Source: Scyliorhinus canicula
Taxonomy: Eukaryota
Direction of reading: 5' to 3'
Length of the DNA: 64,000 bases
Assembly: GCF_902713615.1 (NCBI RefSeq)
Contig: NC_052163.1
Coordinates: forward strand, 14,952,248-15,016,247
Part shown: positions 1 to 13,523 of the stretch, one piece after another
How positions within the stretch are numbered: the stretch's first letter is position 1
Layout: each line of letters begins with the position of its first letter
Notes under the pieces: generated by a model
Databases searched by the model: none
Told to the model about the DNA's origin: nothing
The model's input: only the letters and a program-made list of their open reading frames with translations
Program-made: the position numbers and the translations under genes

Positions 1-560
1 GTCATATCTCACGTTTAAGGTGGATTACAGAATACAAAACAACTTTCCCTCAATTCACAAAGGTCATTAACATTTTTCAAAACTTTTGGGTAAAAAAAGA
101 GGCAGCTAACCACAATTCTATCCCTGTAAAGACTGACCGCACAGGCCTGATCACTCTCAATGGGCAACTCTACAGCAGGCTAAAAAGAAATTCAATAAAA
201 AGCCAGAAACTGGCTACAGAACACTGTCCAGCAGCCAACTTAACAGCACATCAAGTATACCAGGACATTCAAGACAACTTGGTATCGTCACTATTGATGC
301 AGTTATTGATTTCTAAACCATACAGCTTCACTGATGGCAGTCAGGCATGTTGAGAATTACAGGTATAAATGTTTAGCTCCAAAATGGGTACCTTTCCTTG
401 CATATAGGTTATAGTCCAGAGCTTATACTACATGGTTTATATTAGAACACACAGCTTTCAACAAATCACTCGTTATTAAATAACAAATCAATGGGCATTC
501 AGTCCTCCTGAGAACCTGCAGACCCCTGAATTAGTGCCTCAAATGGTAAAATTCTGAGGC

Positions 561-794
561 TTATTTAGGATTTTTCAACTTTTCTGTGCTGTTTTTATTT
601 TGGGCCAGGGTTTGTTGTTTCTGTTTCTTCAGTGTTCTGTAGGCCTTAATGACCCTCTCCCGCTCCTCCAGCATCATCCTCTGACGAGCCATCGACATGG
701 TGGGCTGCTTACCACACTGGGTACCCTCCCTTCTTTCTGAGGCGCACTTGCTTTGCTGAAACAGTGATTTCAGAAGTAACTGTCTCTGGCCAGG
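561..794 (-). CDS. CCDC137: CCDC137 terminal coding exon 6
   Basis: Acceptor ttgttcttcccAG. Encodes PGQRQLLLK...SMARQRMMLEERERVIKAYRTLKKQKQQ...NPK* (recalled human SLARQRIVEEERERAVQAYRALKQ). TAA at 563-561. Confidence 0.93.
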   Translation of the reverse strand, partial: PGQRQLLLKSLFQQSKCASERREGTQCGKQPTMSMARQRMMLEERERVIKAYRTLKKQKQQTLAQNKNSTEKLKNPK

Positions 795-3754
795 CTGGGA
801 AGAACAAACAAATGATTTAACGCAAAGCAAAGGAAAATATAAAAGCCTTCACACAGCTGACAGAAGGTTAAACTTCAAAGCTTAATATTTACATTACGAT
901 ACTTGGGTTTGCGTTACCAAACCTTTGGGTTTGGTTAACTGATTTATGAAGAGTTTAGTAACGTGCTTCCATCCTTGAAGTGGCAGCAATTCAACTGATA
1001 GGAAAGACCCAAGCACATTGCAATAAAACTCCCCTACGCCCAGCAAACTATTTTTCCACCACCGTCTGTACTCGGATTATTAAAATGTCCTATAGTTATA
1101 ATGATATGGCTGAATAATTTGTCTAAAAACATCATCCTCAAGTTCCTGTTCATTGTTGGGTGGTTAATAGAACATTCCCAGTGCTGTGGCTGATGCCTTG
1201 CTATTTCTGAGCTCAATCTAAAAGGATTGTGTTTGGGCCAGTTTTCAATTTAAATCCCTATGTTTAAGTCTGGTGATATAATCAGTGCTGCACGCTGTTG
1301 TTATAATTCACCTTCATGCTTAAGTACTGTTATTTCGCAATAAGGGTAATTGATAACTAGAGATTAAACAAACATATCATGGTTTGATCTCTGATGTTCA
1401 GATTTCTCGGGACAAATATTATAATCTTATTTCTCCATCATGTGTCAATAACACTTGTAAAATTCTCAGATCATAAATTCAGCCCAACGCAACCTGCAGC
1501 ATTTAAGAGACAGCCATTCACCAAACATTGAAAAATTCTAATGGAAGACATCCTAGCTCGGTGAAAGAAAGCAAATGGTCAGATTGTTTCAGTACAGTTT
1601 TTGTAAATCCATCAGCAAGGGTGTGAATATCGTGTGTATTAACATCCTTGCTGATGTGACATGGGTTATCAATTGGTTGGGAGGCAGGAGAGACTCGGGA
1701 TAAAGGGAGTACACTCAATTATCATGATGTAACCACTGTTGTTTCCTCAGGGATCTGAACTGGGGCTTCCCAGCTTTTCAGTATGTATATCAAACATTGG
1801 ATGAAGGAATAATGAGCAGTATATCCCAAGCTGGCAGAAAATTAACTTCGGGGTTACTGTAAACTATGTAGAGCGGAGGAGGAAGTTAAAAAGGTTAGAG
1901 AAAAATTAAGTGAGTGGGTAAAATCGTGGTAGGTAAAATAATTAAATGATTTGATAGGGTGGATGCAGAGAAGCTGCTTCCTCTGGTGGACAAATCCAGA
2001 ACAAATGGGCACAATTGTAAAGATAGAGCTGGACAATTTGAAAGCGAAATCAGGGATCATGTTGCCCTGCAAACTGTCGCGGAAATCGGATTTTCTCTCC
2101 TCAGTGCCGCAGTTCCAGTGCTAACCACTGCGCCACATGCATTAGGCTACATTAGTAATATTGTCAAGCGGTGGCAAAATAGACGTGAGATACAGATCAA
2201 TCATGATCTAATTAAATGGTGCAACAAACTTTAAAAAACATTTTTTTTTTTTTTTTTTTTTAAGAGTAGCCAATTCATTTTTTTCCAATCAAGGGGCAAT
2301 TTAGCATGGCCAATCCACCTACGCTGCACATCTTTGGGATGTGGGGGCGAAAACCACGCAAACACGGGGAGAATGTGCAAACTCCACACAGACAGGGACC
2401 CAGAGCTGGGATCGAACCTGGGACCTTGGCGCCGTGAGGCAGCAGGGCTAAACCCACTCTGCCACCGTGCTGCCCTGGTGCAACAAACTTGAGCTTGAGG
2501 TCTGCTCGCTTCTGACTTAGCAGCACAGCAATTTCCAGCTGGATAACCAAACCAAATAAAAGGGTTGGCACAGTTGCTTCACAGCTCCAGGATCCCAGGT
2601 TCGAATCCCGGCTTGGGTCACTGTCTGTGCGAAGTCTGCACGTTCTTCCTATGTCTGCGTGGGTTTCTTCCGGGTGCTCCGGTTTCCTCCCACAAGTCCC
2701 AAAAGATGTGCTGTTAGGTAATTTGGACATTCTGAATTCTCCCTCAGTGTACCCGAACAGATGCCGGAAAGTGGTGACTAGGGGATTTTCACAGTAACTT
2801 CATTGCAGTGTTAATGTAAGCCTTCTTGTGACAATAAAAATTATTAAATAGGGATTGTCATTGTAAAGGATGAATAACAGCAGTCTCATAACACGTTTAT
2901 AGCAAGCAATAGCCAATTACATCAGACACAAGTGATGCAATCCATTTAACCGCAATGGGCTTTTGATATCCAAATATTTTGTTTTCCCATTCATTTTATC
3001 ACCTTTAATTAACTCACTATAGACTGGGATAATGGCAGTGTAAAAGGCAGAGAAGAGAAAGTTTCTGAAGTGGGTTCAGGAGACCTTTCTTGATCAGTAT
3101 GTTTCAGGCCCAACAAGGAAAGAGGCACCCTTAGATCTGGTTCTGGGGAATGAAGTGGGTCAAGTGGATCAAGTATCAGTAGGGCAGGCAAAACTATAAT
3201 AAAACAATGGGCTGCCTTTAAAGAGGAGATGATGCAGATACAGCCCAGATAAAGGTGAAGCAACCAAAGCCAGAGCATTACAGAAGACAAAGATGAAGCA
3301 GAAAAACGTGCTTATGACAAATGTCAGATTGATAATATAACTGGAACCATGGGCAGCACGGTGGCGCAGTGGGTAGCATTGCTGCCTCATGGCGCTGAGG
3401 TCCTAGGTTCGATCCCGGCTCTGGGTCACTGTCCGTAGACAGTGAGGCTTGCACATTCTCCCCGTGTTTGCATGGGTTTCACCCCCACAACCCAAAGATG
3501 TGCAGTCAAAATCACAGTGAAAGAGGAGGTAGTTGAGGGACTCGATGGAGGAGAAACTGATAAAAAAGGAAGTATTGGAAAGGTCAGCTGTGCTGAAAAT
3601 GCTAAGTCACTCGGACCAGATAGCATGCATCCAAGGAAGCTAAGAGAAGGGTGGAAATTGCCTATGCAATGGATGCAATCGTTGATCTGGGCAAAGACAA
3701 ATATGGACTAATTAAGGAAAGCCAAGGCAGATTTGTCAAAGGCAAAGAAAGCAC

Positions 3755-4335
3755 TAAAATAAGCAAAAATACTGCGGATGCTGGTATCTGAAAAAAAATG
3801 AGAATACTGGAAAAACTCAGCAGGTCTGGCAGCATCTGTAGGGAGAGAAAAACAGAGTTAACGTTTTGAATTTGTTGGCTCCTCATCAAAACTGAGGGGG
3901 AATATCTGTTAGATACTACACTGTAGCTGGAAGAGATTTCAACAAAAGCATAGCAATCTTGAGAACAAAGGATCGATGGCCAGGTTGGGGGGGAGGGGGG
4001 GCTTGTTCTTGCATCGAGACAAAAATGTTTTGGATAAAAAAGGGGTTAAGATGGAAGAGAAAGGTCACTGTCTAAAGCTATTGAACTCAATGTTGAGTCC
4101 CGAGAGCTGTAACTTGTCTCATTGGAAGATGAGGTGCTGGTCCTCCACATTGGGTTGCACTGGAGCATTGCTGCAGGCCAAGGATGGACACGTGAGCATG
4201 AAAGCAAGGTGCTTAGTTAGAATGGCAAGGATGACCCCAGCCTTCCTATGGCTGTTCATCCTTGGCCTGTTGCCCTGGAGGAACAGCATCTCATCTTCCG
4301 ATTAGACACATTACAGCCCTTAGGACTCGAGCTTC
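3755..4335 (-). mobile_element. Second Penelope-like family, 3' fragment with an inverted piece
   Basis: The - strand encodes a GIY-YIG C-terminal-like HVSILGLQQCSS...QHLIFQ...LNIEFNSFR. An inverted copy (LEEQHLIFRLDTLQPLGL) lies on + at about 4275-4330. pLTR-like sequence at 3770-3890. Confidence 0.65.
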
Positions 4336-4414
4336 TCCAATCTATCCACGGAACTACAATCTATTGCACCAATTTGGTTTGATATTGCTGGTGCTACAGA
4401 AACAAAGTATTTAC

Positions 4415-4494
4415 CTGATCAGTTTCTTGGCTTTTCCTGGGTTTAGCCGTGAGGGTAGGTGGCTGCATGGCCACTTCTCCAAATTTCACAGTAT
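4415..4494 (-). CDS. CCDC137: CCDC137 coding exon 5
   Basis: Acceptor ttttgcAG, donor CAG|GTAAAT. Encodes DTVKFGEVAMQPPTLTAKPRKSQETDQ (recalled human DTVKFGEVVLQPPELTARP). 80 nt, phase 1 to 0. Confidence 0.95.
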
Positions 4495-4549
4495 CTGCAA
4501 AATAAGGTCAACCCTATTGTGAAAAATGAAATTTAAACTGACTGTGGAT

Positions 4550-5367
4550 CATAAGAACATAAGAACTAGGAGCAGGAGTAGGCCATCTGGCCCCTCGAGC
4601 CTGCTCCGCCATTCAATGAGATCATGGCTGATCTTTTGTGGACTCAGCTCCACTTTCCGGCCCGAACACCATAACCCTTAATCCCTTTATTCTTCAAAAA
4701 ACTATCTATCTTTACCTTAAAAACATGTAATGAAGGAGCCTCAACTGCTTCACTGGGCAAGGAATTCCATAGATTCACAACCCTTTGGGTGAAGAAGTTC
4801 CTCCTAAACTTAGTTCTAAATCTACTTCCCCTTATTTTGAGGCTATGCCCCCTAGTTCTGCTGTCACCCGCCAGTGGAAACAACCTGCCCGCATCTATCC
4901 TATCTATTCCCTTCATAATTTTAAATGTTTCTATAAGATCCCCCCTCATCCTTCTAAATTCCAACGAGTACAGTCCCATTCTACTCAACCTCTCCTCATA
5001 ATCCAACCCCTTCAGGTCTGGGATTAACCTAGTGAATCTCCTCTGCACACCCTCCAGCGCCAGTACGTCCTTTCTCAAGTAAGGAGACCAAAACTGAACA
5101 CAATACTCCAGGTGTGGCCGCACTAACACCTTATACAATTGCAACATAACCTCCCTAGTCTTAAACTCCATCCCTCTAGCAATGAAGGACAAAATTCCAT
5201 TTGCCTTCTTAATCACCTGTTGCACTTGTAAACCAACCTTCTGTGACTCATGCACTAGCACACCCAAGTCTCTCTGAACAGCGGCATGCTTTAATATTTT
5301 ATCGTTTAAATAATAATCCCGTTTGCTGTTATTCCTACCAAAATGGATAACCTCACATTTGTCAACA
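4550..5367 (-). mobile_element. CR1/HER1-type LINE 3' end, young and 5'-truncated
   Basis: Uninterrupted 207-aa ORF2 C-terminus ([16 protein letters not shown]...RTRGHSLK...FFTQRVVNLWNSLP) and a (TTCTTATG)n tail. Confidence 0.92.
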
Positions 5368-6160
5368 AATCCTCACCAAACAACACAAACTCAATTACAT
5401 TTTAATGTCCTGCGTGAAAATTGCATATTCAAATTCTGACCGAGAAATCTGAGCACCAAACCCATATTTTGGTCCAATCTCTATTTTTATAGCCCTTGGT
5501 ATTTCAGTTGCCCTTCAGGTAGCCACAAAATCCACACTTTTTTAAACTGAGCTTCACTGTAAATGCTCCTCAGGTGGTCATCTAAGGAGGGTGAGCAACC
5601 AAGCGAACTTCCACTCTACAGTCTCAAGCTGGGACAATTCAGTGGCAGAGCTCAGACGAGGCCGTCTTTCCAGGCTGAAATCTTCAGCTGGTGAAGCTCT
5701 ACTTAAGTCAAGTGCACCACCTAGTGTCCTCATTAAAAACTGAAGAGCGGAAAATAATATAAATAATCACTATTGTCAGGATTGTGAAGAATGGCAGACT
5801 AGCAACCTTCATCCGCAGTCATTTTGTCAAGAGACTGCGCTTCAATGCCCTTACAAACAGAACTCAAAACATGTATCATAGAAAAGAGCTATAATCGCAA
5901 TTTGTCTACAATCTGCTTGATGAAGACGTGACCCCAAAACGGAATTATTTGTTTGTAATGACTTAAGGCCAACGGAGCCGTGTATGAGCCAAGGATTACT
6001 TTCTTCATGGCAGAAGATACAAAAAGCATTCCGGAAGAAATGGGGAGACAAAGGTCGTGAAAATGAGAAACTTAAGGAAATTAGTAAACAAATAATACTG
6101 AGAAATTAATGGGAATAAAAGCCTGTATTTGATGCTTTAAAGTAGGTTGCTATAGAGTTG

Positions 6161-6526
6161 TGATATGGAGATGCCGGCATTGAACTGGGGTGAGCACAGT
6201 AAGAAGTCTTACAACACCAGGTTAAAGTCCAACAGGTTTGTTTCAAATACTAGCTTTCGGAGCACTGCTCCTTCCTCAGGTGAATGATTCCTCAGATTCA
6301 ACATTGAGTTCAATAGCTTTAGACAGTGACCTTTCTCCTCCATCTTAACCCCTTTTTTATCCAAAACAGGTTTGTTTCAAATCACTAGTTTTCGGAGCAC
6401 TGCTCCTTCCTCAGGTGCTCCTTCCTCAGGTTCCTCACCCGAGGAAGGAGCGGTGCTCCGAAATCTAGTGATTTGAAACAAACCTGTTGGACTTTAACCT
6501 GGTGTTGTAAGACTTCTTACTGTGCC
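6161..6526 (-). mobile_element. Penelope-like element terminus: inverted pLTR pair with hammerhead motifs
   Basis: 9-bp TSD ATAGAGTTG (6152-6160, 6527-6535) inside a CR1 ORF2 relic. Arms 6193-6282 and about 6436-6525 are reverse complements. Confidence 0.8.
6247..6284 (-). ncRNA. Minimal type-I hammerhead ribozyme motif (Penelope-associated)
   Basis: The - strand reads ucac-CUGAGGA-a-GGAGC-agu-GCUCC-GAAA-GC-UA-guau. The CUGANGA/GAAA core is intact, stem II is 5 bp, stem III is the palindromic AGCU, and stem I is imperfect in this copy. Confidence 0.75.
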
Positions 6527-7836
6527 ATAGAGTTGGTGAGTACATTGGTGGTAATCTTCAAGAATTTTCTAAATTCTAGAACAGCCCCCATGGATTGGAA
6601 AGTAGCAAAGATACATAACCCTGTTAGCAGTTATAAAGGATTTTGAAGGATGGTTATGTTTTAAACACTCGCCTTAAATTTAAAGTAAAATGAAGTAATT
6701 TGAAAAGAGGAATGTGACCTCCTATGAAATCTGCCCAGAGACAAACCCATGTGGCCTGGTTGTCATGGGGATAGAGGTACAGGTCAAAATATATTGAAAG
6801 TAACATGCAAGTTTTAACAACTGGGCACAAAGGAGGTGGCAGCTGCTCGTGCTATGTAAAGACTCTTGTCAGTCAGACAAAGATTTGGGGAAGAAGGCGG
6901 AGAAAAGGTGCTGCTATGCAGAAGGAACGTCTTTGGTTAAACTCAATGCAAAGTGTTGGTGATGACGGATTCCCGATTGAAGAGACAAGGCTTATGGAGA
7001 TTTAAAGACCAAGGAGTCGCCACAGGGTGCCTTGCTACTGGAAATGCATTTGATTGTGTTTACATGATTGAGTAAAGCAGCTTTGTTTAAAAGGACATTT
7101 GGTACATTCACCATGGTACGGCAGGGAAGAAGAGATCCTGTTAATGCTGGGAGGAGCTTGGGACTTTATATACAAGACCACATACAAACCTATGTACTCA
7201 GCTCTATTTTCTTGTTTTGCCCCTATAACCTTTTACTCTCTGTCAATCAAGAATCTATCTAACTCAGCCTTAAAAGGGCGGCATGGTGGTGCAGTGGTTA
7301 GCACTGCTGCCTCACGGTGCTGAGGACCCGGGTTCGAACCCGGCCTGGGTCACTCCGTGTGAAGTTTGCACATTCTCCTGTGTCTGCGTGGGTCTCACCC
7401 CCCACAACCCAAAAAGATATGCAGGGTCGGTGAATTGGCCATGCTAATTTGCCCCTTAAATGGAAAACAAAATTTGGACACACTACATTTATTGGAAAAA
7501 AAACTCAGCCTTAAAAATAATTCATGATTCTGCCTACACTGGTCTCTGGGGAAGAGAATTCCCCAGACTTCGAATCTCTGAAAAACATTTCCCCTCATCT
7601 TTATCTTAATTGGGAGACCCCTTATTTATTTATTTTTTTTAAATGTAAATTTAAATATAATTCACCTACCCGGCAAGTTTTTTGGGCTCTGGGGATGAGA
7701 CCCACGCAGACATGGGGAGAATGTACAAACTTTGCACAGACAGTGACTCGGGGCAGGGAGCGAACCCGGGTTCTCAGTGCTGTGAGGCAGCATTGCTAAC
7801 CACTGTGCCACCCAAGACCCCTTATTTTTGAACTAT

Positions 7837-8930
7837 TGTTACGAAGCCAGACCAGACCCCAAAATTTGTTCGGATACTGGATAAAGAACAACGAACAATT
7901 CTTTTTTTAAATTTATAAAACTGTGAGGAAAAGTTACTTCACCCCAGGAGTGCTGACTCTGACCAATAGGTATCTTTTCTGTTAGAACAAACTTTAATTT
8001 AAACACAGAATTGACCACATGAAGATCACAGAAATAGCTTTATAATTATCAGTTAAACAGTTGGAAAACACAAGGAAAAACTTAAACTTACTATCTATAT
8101 CTGCTGCTAATTCCAATTAAGTAACCCAATACAGTTCAAATGCAACTTATAAATAAAGTTAACAACACAAGTTTACTTGCTTAGCTGTGCAGACCTTTAG
8201 AGAATGTTCCTTTCAAGATCAGATTCAGTACACCTCTGTCTTGTCAGACTCAAATCGTATGGAAAACTGCTGCTCAACTTAAAATATTCTAGTGGTCTGC
8301 AAAGCTAAAGTCAGACCTGGCTCCTCCAATTAATTATATAATCTGTATCTCACTGAGTTCCATGAGCTGATTAGCTAGGACTAAACATTACTCCCTTATA
8401 AATTAGCTACACACTAGGAAATCTCTAGCAATCAAAACACAATTTTAATAGCTCTTTATCTGTAACCAGTAAGTGGTTAAAATCAATAATTACCTCAATC
8501 TTTTATGACTCCTTAATTATTTAAAAAAAATAAGGTTTGAGTACCCAATTAATTTTTTTCCAATTAAGGGGCAATTTAGCATGGCCAATCCACCTACCTT
8601 GCACATCTTTGGGTTGTGGGGGTGAGACCCATGTAGACACAGGCAGAATGTGCAAACTCGAAACGAATAATAATAATTATCGCTTACTGTCACAAGTAGG
8701 CTTCAATGAAGTTACTGTAAAAAGCCCCTAGTGACCAGGGGCTGGGACCGAACCCAGATCCTGAGTGCCGCAGTGAGGCAGCAGTGCTAACCACTGCGCC
8801 ACAGTGCCGCCCTGCGACTCCTTAATTACAGCTTTAGTAGACATACTTCCTGTATGTATTTTAAACGAGGGTTTTAAAAAATAACATTACTGCCATAAAT
8901 ACGAATTGTAATATTTCTTTGTTCATCATA
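7837..8930. mobile_element. Probable solo LTR (with nested SINE) interrupting a CR1 relic
   Basis: Begins TGTTACG and ends ..TCATA, flanked by CTAT on both sides. The CR1 sequence cccttatttttgaactat|gtcctttcattctag rejoins across it. Confidence 0.5.
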
Positions 8931-11261
8931 CTATGTCCTTTCATTCTAGTGTCTCTTGCATACACCCTGCAAGATCTTTTATGTTTCAATAAGATCACCT
9001 CTCATTCTTCTAAACTCCAATGGATACAGGCCCAACATATCCAACCTTTCCTCATAAGATAATCCCTTCATCCCAGGAACCAGTTGAGTGAATTTAGTAT
9101 AATGTATAAATGTGGAATGGGGTTTTCGGTTGTGTAGAGAAATGAACGGGCAGTATTTTAGTGTATTAGTTGCCTATTAAATAACATTTAGTCGATTTTA
9201 GTTTTAGTCTGTTACAGGAAAAAGTCATAAATGTGAAATCTATACATGTGTTTCTTTGCATTGGCAAATTCATATATTTTTTTAAAGAAGCTATCAGTCT
9301 CTATGAACATCACAACATTGTTAGCCAGTTACCCAACATCATTCATAGGGAAAATGCCAGACTTTTTATAAGGAACATAATAAAAGGAGATTTAGAAAAT
9401 TATGACGTGACTGCACATTTATGAAAGGGAAAGTGTTTGACAAATCTTTTGCGTTTTTGAGGTTGTAACTAATAGGGTGGATGAAGCGGAACTAATAAAT
9501 GCAGCGTATTAGAATTTTCAACAAAAATAATTCAATAAAGTGCTCACACAGGGTTCTTACATAAAATTAGGACTAATGACTTTAGAACACAGGGACATCA
9601 GAAATAGGAGAAGAAACCAGTAGAGCTTGCTCTGTCATTTAATATGATCCTAGCTGATCTTGGGTTTCAAATCTACTTAACTGCCCATTTCCCATATCCC
9701 TCCATTCCATGAGAGACCAAAACTCTAACTCAGCTTTAAATGTATTCAATTAAGCCTCAAGGGGCCGAGGACCCGCAATCAATTCTGGGCTCGGGTCACT
9801 GTCCGTGTGGAGTTTCAACATTCTCCCCGTGTCTGCGTGGGCACCCTAACAACGCAAAGATGTGCAGGGTAGATGGATTGGCCACACTAAATTGCCCTTT
9901 AATTGGAAGAATTAAAAAAAATATATATATATATGACTGCAGGTTTATAAAAGGGAAACAGTGTTGGACAAATCTTTGGCCCTTTTCAGGATGTAACTAT
10001 TAGGGTGCATAAAGCCTCCATAACCCTCTGGGATAGAGGATTCCAAAGATTTGGCAACCATTTGACTGAATACATTTCTCATCGCAAACTTAAATGACTG
10101 ATCCCAGATGATGAAACTGTGCCCCCTTATTTTAGATTCCCCCCAGGGCAGCACAATGGGTTAGCCCTACTGCCTCATGGCACCGAGGTCCCAGGTTTGA
10201 TCCCGGCTCTGGGTCACCGTCTGTGTGGAGTTTGCACATTCTCCCCGTGTTTGTGTGGGTTTCGCCCCCACAACCCAAAGATGTGCAAGGTAGGTGGATT
10301 GAACATGCTAAATTGACCCTTAATTGGAAAAATTGGTACACTAAATTTATGAAAAATTTTTTTTTAGATTCCCCAGCCAGGGAAAACTGTCTCAGCATCT
10401 ACCCTATCAAGCCCCTTCATAATCGTTCAATGAGATCACCTCTCATTCTTCTAAACGTCTGAGAATGTAGTCCCAATTTACTCAGCTGCATCAGAACAAC
10501 CCTCTCATCCCAGGGACTAATTCAGTGAACCTTTGCTGTACCACCTCCAATACAAATATACCCTTCCAGAACTGCACACAGTATTCCAGGTGTGGCATCA
10601 TCAAAGTCCTGTACAATTGTAGCATGACTTATTTATTCTTGTACTCCAACCTCCATGCACTAAGATAGGAGATACTTTAGGATTTTCCATGTTTTAGATA
10701 TCACATTCTCTTAAGAGAAGTTAACGTGTTAGCAGATAACAAAGGACTGTTAACGGGTTTATATTATTAACAGATAACTAAAGACTGTTAATCAATTTAT
10801 ATTTTTAACTCTGCAATTTTGTATGTACCAAGTGAGAGTATTTTACAATAAAATTACTTTGATTAAAATTATACTGTGTAGATTTACTCTCAAAGTTTAA
10901 AATCCTAGACACTCATTGAGGAAGTCTTAAATGCCTAGGACCCACAGCGACAGAGGTAACGATTTAGTTATGAGTGGCGTATCTGAACTTTTCCCATAAA
11001 AAGTAACTGAGATCCTGTTTAACTGCTTGGGACCCGGAAAAGCATTCTCCCATCGCGAGATCAATTTTGAGTCTCAGCAGAGAAATGGATTTCCCTCTTT
11101 TGGTGGGTTAACCTCAAGCATAGGTTATTAATAAAGTATTATCAGGTCTGGAATAACCTAAATCCTTCACACACGGATAGTGACCCAGAGCCGGGATCGA
11201 ACCTGACCTCGGCGCCATGAGGCAACAGGGCTAAGCCACTGCGCCACCACTGCTGCCCCGA

Positions 11262-11620
11262 GGTATACAAGATTATGAGGGCCATGGACAGGTTGGAGAG
11301 AAAGCAGTATTTCCCTTTAATTGAAGGGTCAATAACAAGGGGGCATAATTTTAAGGTGCAAGGCAGGAAATTTTAAGGATTTGAGGAAAACAAATTTCAC
11401 CCAGAAGGTGGGGGGAATCTGGAATGCACAGCCTGGGAGGATAGTTGAGGCAGGAAACCTCACAATCTTTAAAAAGTACTTGGATGAGCACTTGAAACGT
11501 CATAACATTCAAGGCTATGGGTCAAGTGCTGGGAAGTGGGATAAGTGTAGATATGGAGTCGGTTTTTGTCAGTGTAGGTTTGATGGGCCAAAGGCTACTT
11601 CTGTGCCATAGGATTCTATG
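11262..11620 (+). mobile_element. CR1 LINE 3' fragment
   Basis: FTQKVGGIWNAQP...FKKYLDEHL, ending in an ATTCTATG tail. Confidence 0.75.
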
Positions 11621-11675
11621 AGAACGCAGAACAGATAGGCACCGTACTACCACATCTCCTGCGACAGTAACTTAC

Positions 11676-11758
11676 CTGTAAACATTTCTTTCTCCAGTTT
11701 CATCTCCCTTCTTTCAGCTTTCTTTCTAATAAACTTCCCCAATCGCTTCTTGTCATGC
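11676..11758 (-). CDS. CCDC137: CCDC137 coding exon 4
   Basis: Acceptor atcaaatAG, donor G|GTAAG. Encodes HDKKRLGKFIRKKAERREMKLEKEMFT. 83 nt, phase 2 to 1. Confidence 0.9.
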
Positions 11759-13523
11759 CTATTTGATACAAACCAAAGTCAACTAACAAATGCACAACTT
11801 CCCACAACAAAAATATTTTTAAAGATCTAAATCCCTCTCTTCACACAATGTTGGTTTGATCTCAAGAAATATCTGCTGTTACCACATTCACCATTTTTCT
11901 TTGAATAATAGAGTTCCATGCTCTGGTTTGGTATTTACAGAGCAGCACAACCACAGATCAAACACTTCTGCCTTAAAGAGTTTGCATCAGTGAATCATGG
12001 ACATATTATTTTTTCTTTTTTTTTTATAAATTTAGATTACCCAATTTTTTTTTCCAATTAAGGGGCAATTTAGCATGGCCAATCCACCTACTCTGCACAT
12101 TTTTGGGTTGTGGGGGCGAAACCCACGCAGACACAGGGAGAATGTGCAAACTCCACACGGACAGTGACCCAGAGCCGGGATCGAACCTGGGACCTCAGCG
12201 CCGTGAGGCGGTTGTGCTAACCACTAGGCCACCGTGCTGCCCCTTCATGGACATATTATTAGCATTAGGGTCACTATGGATGCAAAGGATTAGGTATGTG
12301 GTTCTTTCACTCAGCGAACTTGGATGTTAACCCAGTGCAGACAAATGGAATGTCAGCTGGACTATTCCTTTTTTTTTTAATTTAGAGTACCCAATTATTT
12401 TTTTTTCCAATTAAGGGGCAATTTAGCATGGCCAATCCACCTAACCTGCACATCTTTAGGTTGTGGGGGTGAAACCCACGCAGACACGGGGAGAATGTGC
12501 AAACTCCGCACGGACAGTGACCCAGAGTCGGGATTCGAACCTGGGTCCTCAGCGCCGTAGGCAGCAATGCTAACCACTGTGCCACCCAGCTGGACTATTC
12601 CTACGCATGAATAACACCAAAAAATATTCACCATTTGTAATGAAAAAAAAACCTGCAGTCTCTGCAATTAATTCCAATTTGAAGGGCCTTATGTGAACAG
12701 CTGAGCAAACCCGTGTATTGTGCAGGTAACATGGATGCGCAGGCAGCTGACCTGAAGTAATGACTACTAGAAGTTCCCTGAAACAAGCCCAAGGTGGGAC
12801 TGGTGAGAGGGGTCAAAGAAAGAACTTCTATCCTTTATATTTGTACAATATAGGGCAGCACAGTGGCGCAGTGGGTTAGCCCTGCTGTCTCACGGCGCTG
12901 AGGTCCCAGGTTCGATCCTGGCTCTGGGTCACTGTCCGTGTGAAGTTTGCACATTCTCCCTACGTTTGCATGGGTTTCGCCCCCACAACCCAAAGATGTG
13001 CAGGCTAGGTGGATTGGCCATGCTAAATTGCCCCTTAATTGGAAAAAAAATGAATTGGGTACTCTTAAAAAATATATATTTGCATAATATCGACTATGGC
13101 CTACGCTTTAGCACTGTCCTTGTGACTGACTTGCATTAAGATGCTCTAAATGTCGGATGGAAGGATAAGAAATTTCTAAATATCTGGCCCTTTCTTTTGA
13201 GATTAAGGTAGAGGATTGGAAAATGGAATGTTACATTTATCATAAATATCATCCAGGCTACAGCTCCAAAATAAATTGATTCTCTTTTTGTGTTAAGAAT
13301 TCTGACCTATCTGCAAGCAACTATATATATATTTTTAAACACACTTTTAATCACAATGACTTTATTAGGTTCCCTTCTCAAAGGCAGATTCCCTTTCCTT
13401 TTCTTCCACCCTGCTATTTTCAGTAAAGAGCAAAAAGGAAAACTAATGTAATTGCAGTTATCTATCAGCAATGTCAAACTCCACACAAGATATAATAGCG
13501 TATGTACAGATTATAGGACATAC

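Noticed and set aside
1034-1718. Short - strand ORFs in CCDC137 intron 5
   Set aside because: No recognisable homology, and they are not needed for the phase-consistent gene model.
2275-2730. Recurrent ORFs with CGVCTFSPCLRGF / GRMCKLHTDSDP peptides
   Set aside because: These are translations of the same SINE in various frames, not genes.
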